From Colwellia asteriadis (GTDB lineage: Bacteria > Pseudomonadota > Gammaproteobacteria > Enterobacterales > Alteromonadaceae), in assembly GCF_039523295.1 (NCBI RefSeq), contig NZ_BAAAFA010000009.1:104217-144216 (forward strand): DNA of 40,000 bases, read 5' to 3'. A program made the position numbers and the translations under genes. This document shows, one piece after another, positions 1-8,265 of the stretch (positions within the stretch are counted from its first letter, which is position 1; every line of letters starts with the position of its first letter). Under the pieces are notes generated by a model that had not been told where the DNA came from, ran no database searches, and saw only the letters and a program-made list of their open reading frames with translations.

Positions 1-1
1 A

Positions 2-505
2 GATGCACAATCGTTTAGCGATAGCGACTTTGAGTTTGCCCAACAGCACTTTAGAATTTTATCGGGGTTATACGGCTTACTTAAACCACTTGATTTAATT
101 CAAGCTTATCGCCTTGAAATGGGCTGTAAATTGGCTAATTGTCGAGGTGATAACTTATATCAATTTTGGGGTGATATTATTACCAATGAGTTAAATGAAG
201 CGCTTGCGGCTCAAGGGGATGATGTTTTAATTAACCTTGCTTCAACTGAGTATTTCAAGTCAGTAAAGAAAAAGTCGTTAAAAGGCACCATTATTACCCC
301 GAACTTTAAAGATTGGAAAAATGGTCAATATAAAATGATCAGCTTCTTTGCCAAAAAAGCGCGCGGTATGATGGCACGTTACATTATCCAAAATAAGTTG
401 ACCTCTGTTGAACAAATTAAAGGTTTTGACTTAGGCGGCTATCAATATGATGAAGCTTTATCTAAAGGTAATGATTGGGTGTTTACTCGCAAAGAAGTAG
501 AGTAA
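2..505 (+). CDS. yaaA: YaaA / UPF0246 peroxide-stress protein, 5' end cut by window edge
   Basis: Frame 2 is open from base 2. The translation ...[28 protein letters not shown]... carries the conserved YaaA core (LSGLYG..PLD..YRLEMG). The ORF track only shows the part from an internal Met at 119. Confidence 0.8.
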   Translation, partial: DAQSFSDSDFEFAQQHFRILSGLYGLLKPLDLIQAYRLEMGCKLANCRGDNLYQFWGDIITNELNEALAAQGDDVLINLASTEYFKSVKKKSLKGTIITPNFKDWKNGQYKMISFFAKKARGMMARYIIQNKLTSVEQIKGFDLGGYQYDEALSKGNDWVFTRKEVE

Positions 506-562
506 TAGTGCGCAGAGTTATCTGAAGTAGCTAATCATCAAGAGTAATCGTTGCAACCAATA

Positions 563-595
563 AAAAGCCTGTCAACATTTGTTGTACAGGCTTTT
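563..595. terminator. Bidirectional hairpin between convergent yaaA and porin genes
   Basis: AAAAGCCTGT (563-572) pairs with ACAGGCTTTT (586-595). A-run on the left and T-run on the right. Confidence 0.5.
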
Positions 596-642
596 TAGTA
601 TAATATTTAAAGGGTTAGTTAATCTGAACTTAGGTTGGCTTA

Positions 643-1791
643 TTACCAGAAGCTGCGCATCGCTAAGGTTAAACCCCAGCCTGCATATTCGCCGCCATCG
701 TTAGCACTGTCTTGCATTTTTGCGTAATGTACACCGGCCTGAAATTTCAATTTATGGCCATTAACTAGATAGTTCATACCGCCATAAACCTCTTGGTATT
801 GATCGCCTCGGCCGCTGACAATGTCGCGATCATAACGACCAAGTCTTACGCCATTATTATCTTTACTGTTTAGATAAGTATAACGAGCAACCCAAATCAA
901 TTTTTCTGTTTGTTGCAAAGTTGGCATTAACACCATTCCAAATAGGTTACTTTGACCTAAGTCACCTTTGCCCCATGAAATATCAGTATCTAAGCCCCAT
1001 GCTTGTTGCTTTAATTTACTTGATACACTGACTATTTGAGAAAATTTTCGAGTATTACCATGTTCATGAGTATCGTTGTAAACATAATCTATACCCAGCT
1101 CGCCTTGCTCCCAAAGTGCATTTTTTTCGAGTTTTTTTGAGGTTGATAAAAGTGCGAAGTAACTTGCTTCTTTTACTGATAACTCATCAGAGCCATCACT
1201 TGAAAAGACACCTGTTTTATACTTCCAGCCATTGCTTAAACTGCTCTTAACGCTAACCCCTGTAAAATATTCAGCAGTAAACCATAAGTTATTACTAAGG
1301 TTATTACGTTGCGGCGTTAATAAACGATTTGACGAGGTTTTACCGTCTAAGGTAAAGCCGGTAGACTGCTTGAGAAATTTTAGCTCAGTATTTTTATTTA
1401 GCGCCCAAGCAACATTGGCATCGGTTAAACGACGATATGAGTCATCAAGACTAGTATTTAGGTTAAAATCACCTTCTAACGCGAACTTGAACTCGCCTTT
1501 TTTGGCTTTAAAACCAAAGCGAAAGCGTCGCCATTCGGTGTCATTAAATTCACCTTGCTCAGCATCAACCCAAGTTGAGTCAAGCTGTAGTCGACCAGAT
1601 AGCTTAAAATAATCACCTTGTTCATTCTGATAAAGCTCAGCCATTTTCCAAGCATCGTTGAAGCTAGTATCACTTGATTGATTTGAAGGTGCTGCATATG
1701 CATTTAACGCGCTAACGCTGCTTAATGCGCCAATCACCGATAAAGTTAATAGGTTTTTCTTAGATATCATTTTCACAGTAGTCTTTTTCAT
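643..1791 (-). CDS. Outer-membrane porin, probably phosphate-selective porin O/P family
   Basis: N-terminal signal peptide (..SALNAYA|AP) and C-terminal aromatic residue (..RSFW). Alternating beta-strand pattern; the RLQLD...RRFRFGFK segment resembles OprO/OprP-type porins. Family call is from memory, not a search. Confidence 0.55.
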   Translation of the reverse strand: MKKTTVKMISKKNLLTLSVIGALSSVSALNAYAAPSNQSSDTSFNDAWKMAELYQNEQGDYFKLSGRLQLDSTWVDAEQGEFNDTEWRRFRFGFKAKKGEFKFALEGDFNLNTSLDDSYRRLTDANVAWALNKNTELKFLKQSTGFTLDGKTSSNRLLTPQRNNLSNNLWFTAEYFTGVSVKSSLSNGWKYKTGVFSSDGSDELSVKEASYFALLSTSKKLEKNALWEQGELGIDYVYNDTHEHGNTRKFSQIVSVSSKLKQQAWGLDTDISWGKGDLGQSNLFGMVLMPTLQQTEKLIWVARYTYLNSKDNNGVRLGRYDRDIVSGRGDQYQEVYGGMNYLVNGHKLKFQAGVHYAKMQDSANDGGEYAGWGLTLAMRSFW

Positions 1792-1795
1792 TTTG

Positions 1796-1830
1796 AAGTT
1801 GAATGGTTAAGTTGAATGGTTAAGTTGAAA
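1796..1830. repeat. 13-bp tandem repeat AAGTTGAATGGTT x ~2.7
   Basis: Units at 1796-1808 and 1809-1821, partial unit at 1822-1830. Begins 5 bp upstream of the porin start codon (1791, minus strand). Confidence 0.8.
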
Positions 1831-2021
1831 TTTGCCAGCGTATTTATTACCCGAGCAGATAATGCCAACTTAATTCATTAATAGATGACGTTATGATTAC
1901 AATTACAACATTTTTATGTGACAAGTTTGTGACATGAGTGGATTATGACAAAAAAAAACACTCGCTATCAAGACAAAGCGAGTGTTTTTAGTGTTAGGCT
2001 ATTATGGTAACCGTCTTATTA

Positions 2022-4604
2022 TTAGAAACGGTATTCTGCACCAGCGTAGTAAAAGGCGCCATTAAAGCCAAAAGGAGCTGAGCGACGAGAGTAAGTAAAT
2101 ACGCCAGGGCTACTAACAATTACGTTACCGCTAGCATCAACAATAGTCCCTGTTCTCGAGTTACCTATTTCGTTTTTATCAGGCATGACATCAAATAAAT
2201 TATTACCACCAATGTTAAATGATAATTGCTCGTTAACCTGATAACTAACACGTAAATCGGTTAGTATTTCAGCACCATAGGTTTGTCTACCACCATCGGT
2301 AACTGTGTATTCGCCGTAACGGTTAAATGCTAGATTAACGGTAAAGTCATTAATACGATACAAACCTGATAAGCTAATTCTATCTTGGGGTTGCCACTCT
2401 TCAATAATAGAAATATCTTGCTCGGAGAAAATATCCTCAGGTGGAATATCACCTAAGCCGCTATCGGGTGGTGTGAATATATTAACCACATCGGTTTCAG
2501 TAAAATTGGCTGCAAAGGTTAAGTCTAAATCACCACCGAGCATTTCACCGTTCCAAGTAGCAATAATATCTACCCCTTGTGTTTCTGTATCTGCACCATT
2601 TAGGAAGAATTGACCACCACCTGCGCCTGAGGCTTGCAGTGCAGCATCTAAGGCTGGAGATAAACCTTCACCCAACGAGTTACTTAAGACAATACGATCA
2701 TCAATATCAATGGTATAAAAATCAACGGTTAAGTTAATACTATCGGCTATTCTAATCACGGTTCCTAAGCTAAAGTTGGTTGACTCCTCTTCTTTTAATT
2801 GTGGGATACCAATGGCTTGCGCTAAGTTACTATCGTTTCTAAATGTTCCCACTTGAACAGCAATTTGATCGCCATCAGGATCATTCGGGTTGGTCTTAAA
2901 CTGTGTACTAATATTATTAAAGTAGAGCTGCTGCATTGACGGAGCTCTAAAGCCGGTACTCATTGCACCACGTAATGCAATATCTTCGGTAATTGACCAA
3001 TTCGCGGCAAGTTTGAAATTAGTGCTATCACCAAAGCCGTCATAATCATCGTAACGCACAGCGCCACTAACAATTAAATCATCGGTAATTTCCGTTTCAG
3101 CATCCAGATAAAATGAAATAACATCACGGGTTTCATCAACAGCCGATACCGGGCCTATACCGCCAAAGCCTTGAGTACCAGCACTTCTATCGGTGGGAAA
3201 TAAGCTAACACCATTTACGGTGTCGTAATCTCTATATGAATATTCTGCGCCAGGGGTTACTTTGTAAGTATCAGTGCGAATTTCAGCGCCCATTGCCAAT
3301 GAAAATAAGTCAAAATCTTGAGTATAATCAAGATTCAAGGTTGATAAGCTTAGCTCCAACCCGTAGGCAGAAGCTTCGCTAGGTACTGCAGCGCGAATTT
3401 CATCAGGAGTAATACTCGCTAAGGAGCCATCGTCATTGTACTGTAGTGCATTGGCATACGATGAATTAATCGTGTTGCTGGTGGTGTAATCAATGGTGTT
3501 TTGACCATAAGTGTAAGAAAAATCTAAACTGGCACCATTGTCAAATTCAGTTAAGTAGCCAAAGTTGTATGACATATCTTTAATATCTGAATTTATTTTA
3601 GGTAGAAACCCCATAGGAACAGTCGCGTCACCATCTTGTAGTGGCGCATTACCACCGGTATTGTTGTTATGACGAAAGAATGCGGCAGACTCGTTATCGC
3701 GATTAGAGTAGGTAATAAAACCATAAAGCTCACCTTCACCAAGCTCATAACCGGTATTTACGGTTAAACCAAACTGTTCAGAGTCGGCATCACCAATTCG
3801 AAAGGTATTACGAGGTGCCGTTGCTTCTCTTGGATCGCCAAGTAGTGAAGTACCATTACCTAAATCAGTACATCCCGAGAACTGACAAGAGCCATGCAAA
3901 CCTGCGCGATTAGTAAAACCTCTATCTCTAAAGTTAAGGGTGGTATTTAAATAGCCTTTATCGCCAAGTGCAAAGCCTTTTGAAATATCTATGTTAGTGG
4001 TTTCTCCATCACCTTCTGAATATTCACCGTAAGAAAGTGCGACTTTACCGCCTTCATCAGCGTCATCAAGAATGATATTAATAACACCAGCAATAGCGTC
4101 AGAGCCATACTGAGCGGCAGCGCCATCACGTAACACTTCAATGCGTTTTATTGAGGCGGCAGGAATCGCATTCATATCTGTTCCCGCGGTGCCTCGACCA
4201 ACAGAGGTATTAATGTGAATAAGGCTGGCTTGATGACGACGCTTGCCGTTTACCAATACTAAGGTTTGATCTGGGCCTAAACCCCTTAACGTTGCTGGTC
4301 TGAGTGCATCAGTGCCGTCACTAATGGCAGAGCTTGAAAAGTTAAATGAAGGTGCAATTGCTTGCAGCATTCTACCAACTTCTGTTTGACCTGTGTTTGC
4401 TAGTGCTTCTGCTGAAAGAATATCAACCGGCACTGGTAACTCATCAACAGAGCGACCACTGACGCGGCTACCAATAACAGATATTTGTTCTACGTCTTCT
4501 AATGAGGCTTTTGAGGGCTCTTGGGCTAAAGCACTTTGGCTAGCTACACCAAGTAAAATAGGTATTAGTGTGGTATTTATTATTTGTTTTTTACGATTGT
4601 ACAT
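2022..4604 (-). CDS. TonB-dependent outer-membrane receptor (860 aa)
   Basis: Signal peptide, TonB-box-like EQISVIGSR, plug-domain motifs (RVEVLRGxxxxxYGSDAIAGVINI) and terminal ..AGAEYRF beta-barrel signature. Confidence 0.9.
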   Translation of the reverse strand: MYNRKKQIINTTLIPILLGVASQSALAQEPSKASLEDVEQISVIGSRVSGRSVDELPVPVDILSAEALANTGQTEVGRMLQAIAPSFNFSSSAISDGTDALRPATLRGLGPDQTLVLVNGKRRHQASLIHINTSVGRGTAGTDMNAIPAASIKRIEVLRDGAAAQYGSDAIAGVINIILDDADEGGKVALSYGEYSEGDGETTNIDISKGFALGDKGYLNTTLNFRDRGFTNRAGLHGSCQFSGCTDLGNGTSLLGDPREATAPRNTFRIGDADSEQFGLTVNTGYELGEGELYGFITYSNRDNESAAFFRHNNNTGGNAPLQDGDATVPMGFLPKINSDIKDMSYNFGYLTEFDNGASLDFSYTYGQNTIDYTTSNTINSSYANALQYNDDGSLASITPDEIRAAVPSEASAYGLELSLSTLNLDYTQDFDLFSLAMGAEIRTDTYKVTPGAEYSYRDYDTVNGVSLFPTDRSAGTQGFGGIGPVSAVDETRDVISFYLDAETEITDDLIVSGAVRYDDYDGFGDSTNFKLAANWSITEDIALRGAMSTGFRAPSMQQLYFNNISTQFKTNPNDPDGDQIAVQVGTFRNDSNLAQAIGIPQLKEEESTNFSLGTVIRIADSINLTVDFYTIDIDDRIVLSNSLGEGLSPALDAALQASGAGGGQFFLNGADTETQGVDIIATWNGEMLGGDLDLTFAANFTETDVVNIFTPPDSGLGDIPPEDIFSEQDISIIEEWQPQDRISLSGLYRINDFTVNLAFNRYGEYTVTDGGRQTYGAEILTDLRVSYQVNEQLSFNIGGNNLFDVMPDKNEIGNSRTGTIVDASGNVIVSSPGVFTYSRRSAPFGFNGAFYYAGAEYRF

Positions 4605-4898
4605 TGTGAATATTCCCTATCATGTTTAGTAACTTAACTGCGTAAGCTATTAACAACATCGATTAACGTCCGTATTATTATCATTTATCGGTTGTAATCG
4701 AATAATAACCTTTTAATTCATTTACTTGCTAAAGCGTAGTCGAATAAAGTTAAAATACAATGTTTTTAAATAACTTGAGGGAAGGAGAGTGCCTGATAAG
4801 AAGTAATGCGCTGAGTAAGTCGAACTCAGGTTGATCAATAAAGCAGCCATAAAAGCGCGCTATGCAAATAATAAAAAACCGCTGCTATGTTAGTAATT

Positions 4899-5092
4899 AA
4901 CCTGAGCTCGGCTTAACAAATGTTTCTCTAGCAGCTACTTTTCCTAACTTCTTCGTTAAATTTACTTGCAATAGGCTAGCTATTGACGCGAAATTTGCCT
5001 TGAATTAAGAAAAACTATCAAGCTAGAGACTCAGAAAAGTAATTTTTCTGATATTTCAATTTGTTAAATATCTCTTAAACCGAGTTCAGGTT
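4899..5092 (+). mobile_element. MITE-like non-autonomous element, copy 1 (194 bp; 13-bp internal deletion relative to copies 2 and 3)
   Basis: Left end AACCTGAGCTCGGCTTAACAAAT. Reverse complement of the right end is AACCTGAACTCGGTTTAAGAG (16/18 terminal identity). Flanked by direct TAATT (4894-4898) and TAATT (5092-5096). The last T is ambiguous between the TIR and the duplication, so the TSD is 4 or 5 bp. Confidence 0.75.
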
Positions 5093-5147
5093 AATTAAAC
5101 ATGTGAGCGGCTTATTTATTGTTATAAAAATTTATTGCTATAAAAAT

Positions 5148-6395
5148 TTATTTTTTAGCGCGTTTGGCTTGTTTTTTCGCTTGCTTTTTTGCCTTGGCTT
5201 TTTTCTGTGACGTGGTCAGTTTTACTTTCGCTTTTTTGTTAGCAACGCGGGACTCTTTATGCTTAGGGCGAAGCTCTTCAATAACACGGCGCGATAAGCG
5301 CTCGTCAACGTAACGCTCAATTTTACCCACAACAGGCATATCATGCGCTTCAACTAATGATATTGCCGTGCCTTTATTACCAGCACGGCCGGTTCTGCCA
5401 ATACGGTGCACGTAAATATCTGTTTTACGTGGCATATCAAAGTTAATAACGTGGCTAATATCGTCAATATCTAAACCACGGGCGGCAACATCGGTGGCAA
5501 CTAATACTTTGATTTCACCACTTTTAAAACGCTCAATGGCTTTGTTACGTTTATCTTGCGGCATTTTGCCTTCAAGCCACACACAAGGCAGCTCTTCGGC
5601 ATATAATTTACCTGAAAGATATTGTACTGTTTCGCGTTTATTAGCAAAAACGACGGTACGATTAACGCCTTCTTGTTTAAGAATATGCACTAAAAGCTTT
5701 AATTTATGATCGCTATTATCAGCTAAGTGCAACCACTGATGAATAACCGCCTTTTCTTTACGTGACGGATTAGACTCTAAAAAGACTGGCTCATTTAATA
5801 CTTCTTTAGAAAAGCGTAAAACCCCAGCACCTTCTAATGTTGCCGAAAATAACATGGTTTGCTTACGCCAGCGTGCTTCGCCAACAATACGATCAATAGT
5901 TTCTCTAAAGCCCATATCAAGCATTCGGTCTGCTTCATCTAATACGAGAATTTCAATTTCACGAGCATCAAATTGCTCATTCTCAATGTATTCTAATAAA
6001 CGACCAGGGGTTGCCACTAAAATATCAGTGGTGCTATTTAAGATATCACTGTGACTACCATAATTAACGCCACCGGTAATAACACCCGTTTTAATATTGG
6101 TTAGTTCAGCAATTTTTTCACTGTCTTCACCGATTTGAATCGCTAATTCACGGGTTGGCGTTAAAATTAATACGCGAGGAAAGCCCGGTTGTGTTCTTGG
6201 GTAATCAAGTAAGTGTTGAGCAATTGGCAGTAAAAAAGCGGCGGTTTTGCCGGTTCCTGTCGGCGCAGAAGCAAGAATGTCTTTACCTTGCATCGCCTCA
6301 GGAATAACTAACTCTTGAATAGATGTTGGTTTGGTATAACCCGCTTTTTTGACACTGGCTAATAACTCAGAGTCGAGATCAAATTGCTCAAACAT
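5148..6395 (-). CDS. srmB: DEAD-box ATP-dependent RNA helicase, SrmB-like
   Basis: Motifs APTGTGKT, PTRELA, DEAD, SAT and HRIGRTGR, with a basic K/A-rich C-terminal tail. The N-terminal half is collinear with E. coli SrmB as I recall it. Confidence 0.7.
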   Translation of the reverse strand: MFEQFDLDSELLASVKKAGYTKPTSIQELVIPEAMQGKDILASAPTGTGKTAAFLLPIAQHLLDYPRTQPGFPRVLILTPTRELAIQIGEDSEKIAELTNIKTGVITGGVNYGSHSDILNSTTDILVATPGRLLEYIENEQFDAREIEILVLDEADRMLDMGFRETIDRIVGEARWRKQTMLFSATLEGAGVLRFSKEVLNEPVFLESNPSRKEKAVIHQWLHLADNSDHKLKLLVHILKQEGVNRTVVFANKRETVQYLSGKLYAEELPCVWLEGKMPQDKRNKAIERFKSGEIKVLVATDVAARGLDIDDISHVINFDMPRKTDIYVHRIGRTGRAGNKGTAISLVEAHDMPVVGKIERYVDERLSRRVIEELRPKHKESRVANKKAKVKLTTSQKKAKAKKQAKKQAKRAKK

Positions 6396-6500
6396 AGGGA
6401 ATAATTCACTAACTGTTAAATAAATACAAATATGGCGGCAATTATAGTGACTTTCGTGCTTGCTGTAACCCTTTAATCGTTAATGCTGGTCAATTACGGG

Positions 6501-7019
6501 TTAGAGTAACTCGCTATATTCAAGTAAAATTTGCTCACACCACTGCTCGATACGTTCATCGGTTAAATTATATTGGGTATCTTCATCTAAAGATAAACCA
6601 ACAAAGTGGCTTTCATCGTCACTCAGTGCTTTTGATGCGGTAAACTCGTAACCTTCATTTGGCCAGTAACCAATAACGTTAGCCTGTTGAACAAGTACTT
6701 GCTCGTGGAGCATACCTAAAGCATCTTGAAACCATTCGGTGTAACCAATTTGATCGCCCATGCCATACAAAGCAACAATTTTATCTGATAAATCAAGCGA
6801 GTTAATATCTTGCCAAATAGACTCCCAGTCTTCTTGTAGCTCGCCATAATCCCAGGTAGAAATACCAAAAATAATGAAGTCATAATCAAGGCAGAGTGAA
6901 AGTGGCTGATCTTTTATATTAAATATATCAACTAAATCTTCACCTATTGCTGCTTGTATTTTTTCAGCAACTATTTCAGTGTAACAAGTGGTTGAACCAT
7001 AAAATAAGCCTATTTTCAT
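6501..7019 (-). CDS. fldB: Long-chain flavodoxin, FldB-like
   Basis: MKIGLFYGSTTCYTE...STWDYGELQEDW...YGMGDQIGY..WF is near-collinear with E. coli flavodoxin 2. The position next to dsbC-recJ matches enterobacterial synteny. Confidence 0.8.
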   Translation of the reverse strand: MKIGLFYGSTTCYTEIVAEKIQAAIGEDLVDIFNIKDQPLSLCLDYDFIIFGISTWDYGELQEDWESIWQDINSLDLSDKIVALYGMGDQIGYTEWFQDALGMLHEQVLVQQANVIGYWPNEGYEFTASKALSDDESHFVGLSLDEDTQYNLTDERIEQWCEQILLEYSELL

Positions 7020-7322
7020 TTGCGATCTCGTTCGTTGGATTTACATCAATAATAAAATGGTGTTGTGTAACTTTGTGCTCTAAGTGCTTAGTTACCTAGA
7101 TTTAGTTACTTAAATTTAGTTATCTAGCGTAGTAAGTCATCATACTTAGTAACACTTTCGCTGAGTTTATCAGAAGATATGCCTTTAGTTTTGCTATTTA
7201 TCCGATAAAATAACCGTTTTAGCTAAAAAAATTGCAATATGTTTAACTAGGCTGTAATTTCACACGCTAAAGTACGGTCTTTAATGAAAGCTTAATTTTA
7301 TTCGTATTAATACATCACCTTT

Positions 7323-8123
7323 ATGGAAGTTTCTATGCACAGCAAATTTATTACCTATGTCATCACCGCGATAGTATTTATTGTACCGACCACGTTAGCC
7401 CAAGTAGCTATTGCGAATGAAAATGTACCCGCTTTAATCGCAAGCTCTCCTAGTGACAAATTTGATGCGCAAATGCTAAAAGAAGTCGTTGGAAATAAAT
7501 TAGGGCTAAATGTAGTTAAAGTTGAAAAAACACCAATGAATGATTTAGCGGCTATTCATACCGAGCAAGGACTTTTCTATTCTAGTTATAACGGTGAATT
7601 TTTAATTCATGGCAAACTTTATAGCATTAAAAATGAACTGACTGATTTAACCGAGCAAAGCTTAGCTGCTATACGTCTTGAAGGGGTAAAGTCATTTGCT
7701 AATGATGTTATTACGTATCCAGCTAAAGATGAAAAATATGTAGTGACAGTTTTTACTGATATTACTTGTGGTTATTGTCGTAAAATGCACGCTGAAATGG
7801 CTGAGTATAATAAACTCGGTATTACCTTTCGCTATTTAGCTTATCCGCGCTCAGGTATTAACGATCGTTTAGGTAACTTTACCGATGGCTTTAAAGATTT
7901 ACGCTCAGTGTGGTGTAATGATGACTCTGCCGATGCGTTAACACGAGCAAAATCAGGTGCAGGTATTGCTTATAGAATTTGTGATAAGCCTATTGAAGCG
8001 CAATTTAACTTTGGTCGCCAAATTGGTGTTACAGGTACACCAGCAATTATTTTGCCTAACGGTATGATGGTGCCAGGTTACAAGCCGCCAGCACAACTTG
8101 AAGCAATATTAAAAGAAGTTTAA
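7323..8123 (+). CDS. dsbC: Thiol:disulfide interchange protein DsbC
   Basis: Signal peptide, then FTDITCGYCRKMH active site (CGYC) and a ..GVTGTPAIILPNGMMVPGY..P tail as in DsbC. An alternative start at ATG 7335 has a better GGAAG Shine-Dalgarno. Confidence 0.85.
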   Translation: MEVSMHSKFITYVITAIVFIVPTTLAQVAIANENVPALIASSPSDKFDAQMLKEVVGNKLGLNVVKVEKTPMNDLAAIHTEQGLFYSSYNGEFLIHGKLYSIKNELTDLTEQSLAAIRLEGVKSFANDVITYPAKDEKYVVTVFTDITCGYCRKMHAEMAEYNKLGITFRYLAYPRSGINDRLGNFTDGFKDLRSVWCNDDSADALTRAKSGAGIAYRICDKPIEAQFNFGRQIGVTGTPAIILPNGMMVPGYKPPAQLEAILKEV

Positions 8124-8265
8124 TGTAAGAACCTTAATGTAAAGCCTTACATTGAAGTGTCATATAAAAAGCAGTGATCACGATCACTGCTTTTTTGTAA
8201 CTGGCTATTGAGTAAGTTTTTTAAATTACAGTATTTTATAAAAAAGATAAGAAGATTAGTAACCT

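Noticed and set aside
1232-1703. ORFs 1232-1612 (+) and 1476-1703 (-) from the track.
   Set aside because: Both are embedded in or antisense to the 382-aa porin ORF. They have low-complexity, Leu/Ser/Arg-rich translations typical of off-frame reading and no start context.
4393-4629. 78-aa plus-strand ORF overlapping the TonB-dependent receptor start.
   Set aside because: It lies antisense to a confidently assigned receptor gene and has no independent support. The same reasoning rejects these track ORFs: 5494-5709, 5854-6054, 9174-9383, 12571-12768, 13141-13419, 17272-17541, 17746-17931, 18167-18388, 18734-19000, 19271-19525, 21085-21318, 25875-26243, 29182-29616, 33675-33878, 35104-35412, 35455-35664 and 36288-36518.
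4674-4690. Possible Fur box (TATTATTATCATTTATC) upstream of the 860-aa TonB-dependent receptor.
   Set aside because: It aligns to the consensus only with an indel and a poor score, so it is indistinguishable from generic AT-rich sequence.
4829-4842. TCGAACTCAGGTT, 57 bp left of MITE copy 1, as another degenerate MITE end.
   Set aside because: Only about 13/20 identity to the element terminus over a short span, which is too weak to call.
4605-4860. Looked for a cobalamin or other riboswitch in the long leader of the 860-aa receptor.
   Set aside because: No B12-box-like GCCACTG element on the relevant strand and no recognisable conserved riboswitch core. This cannot be excluded without a covariance-model scan.
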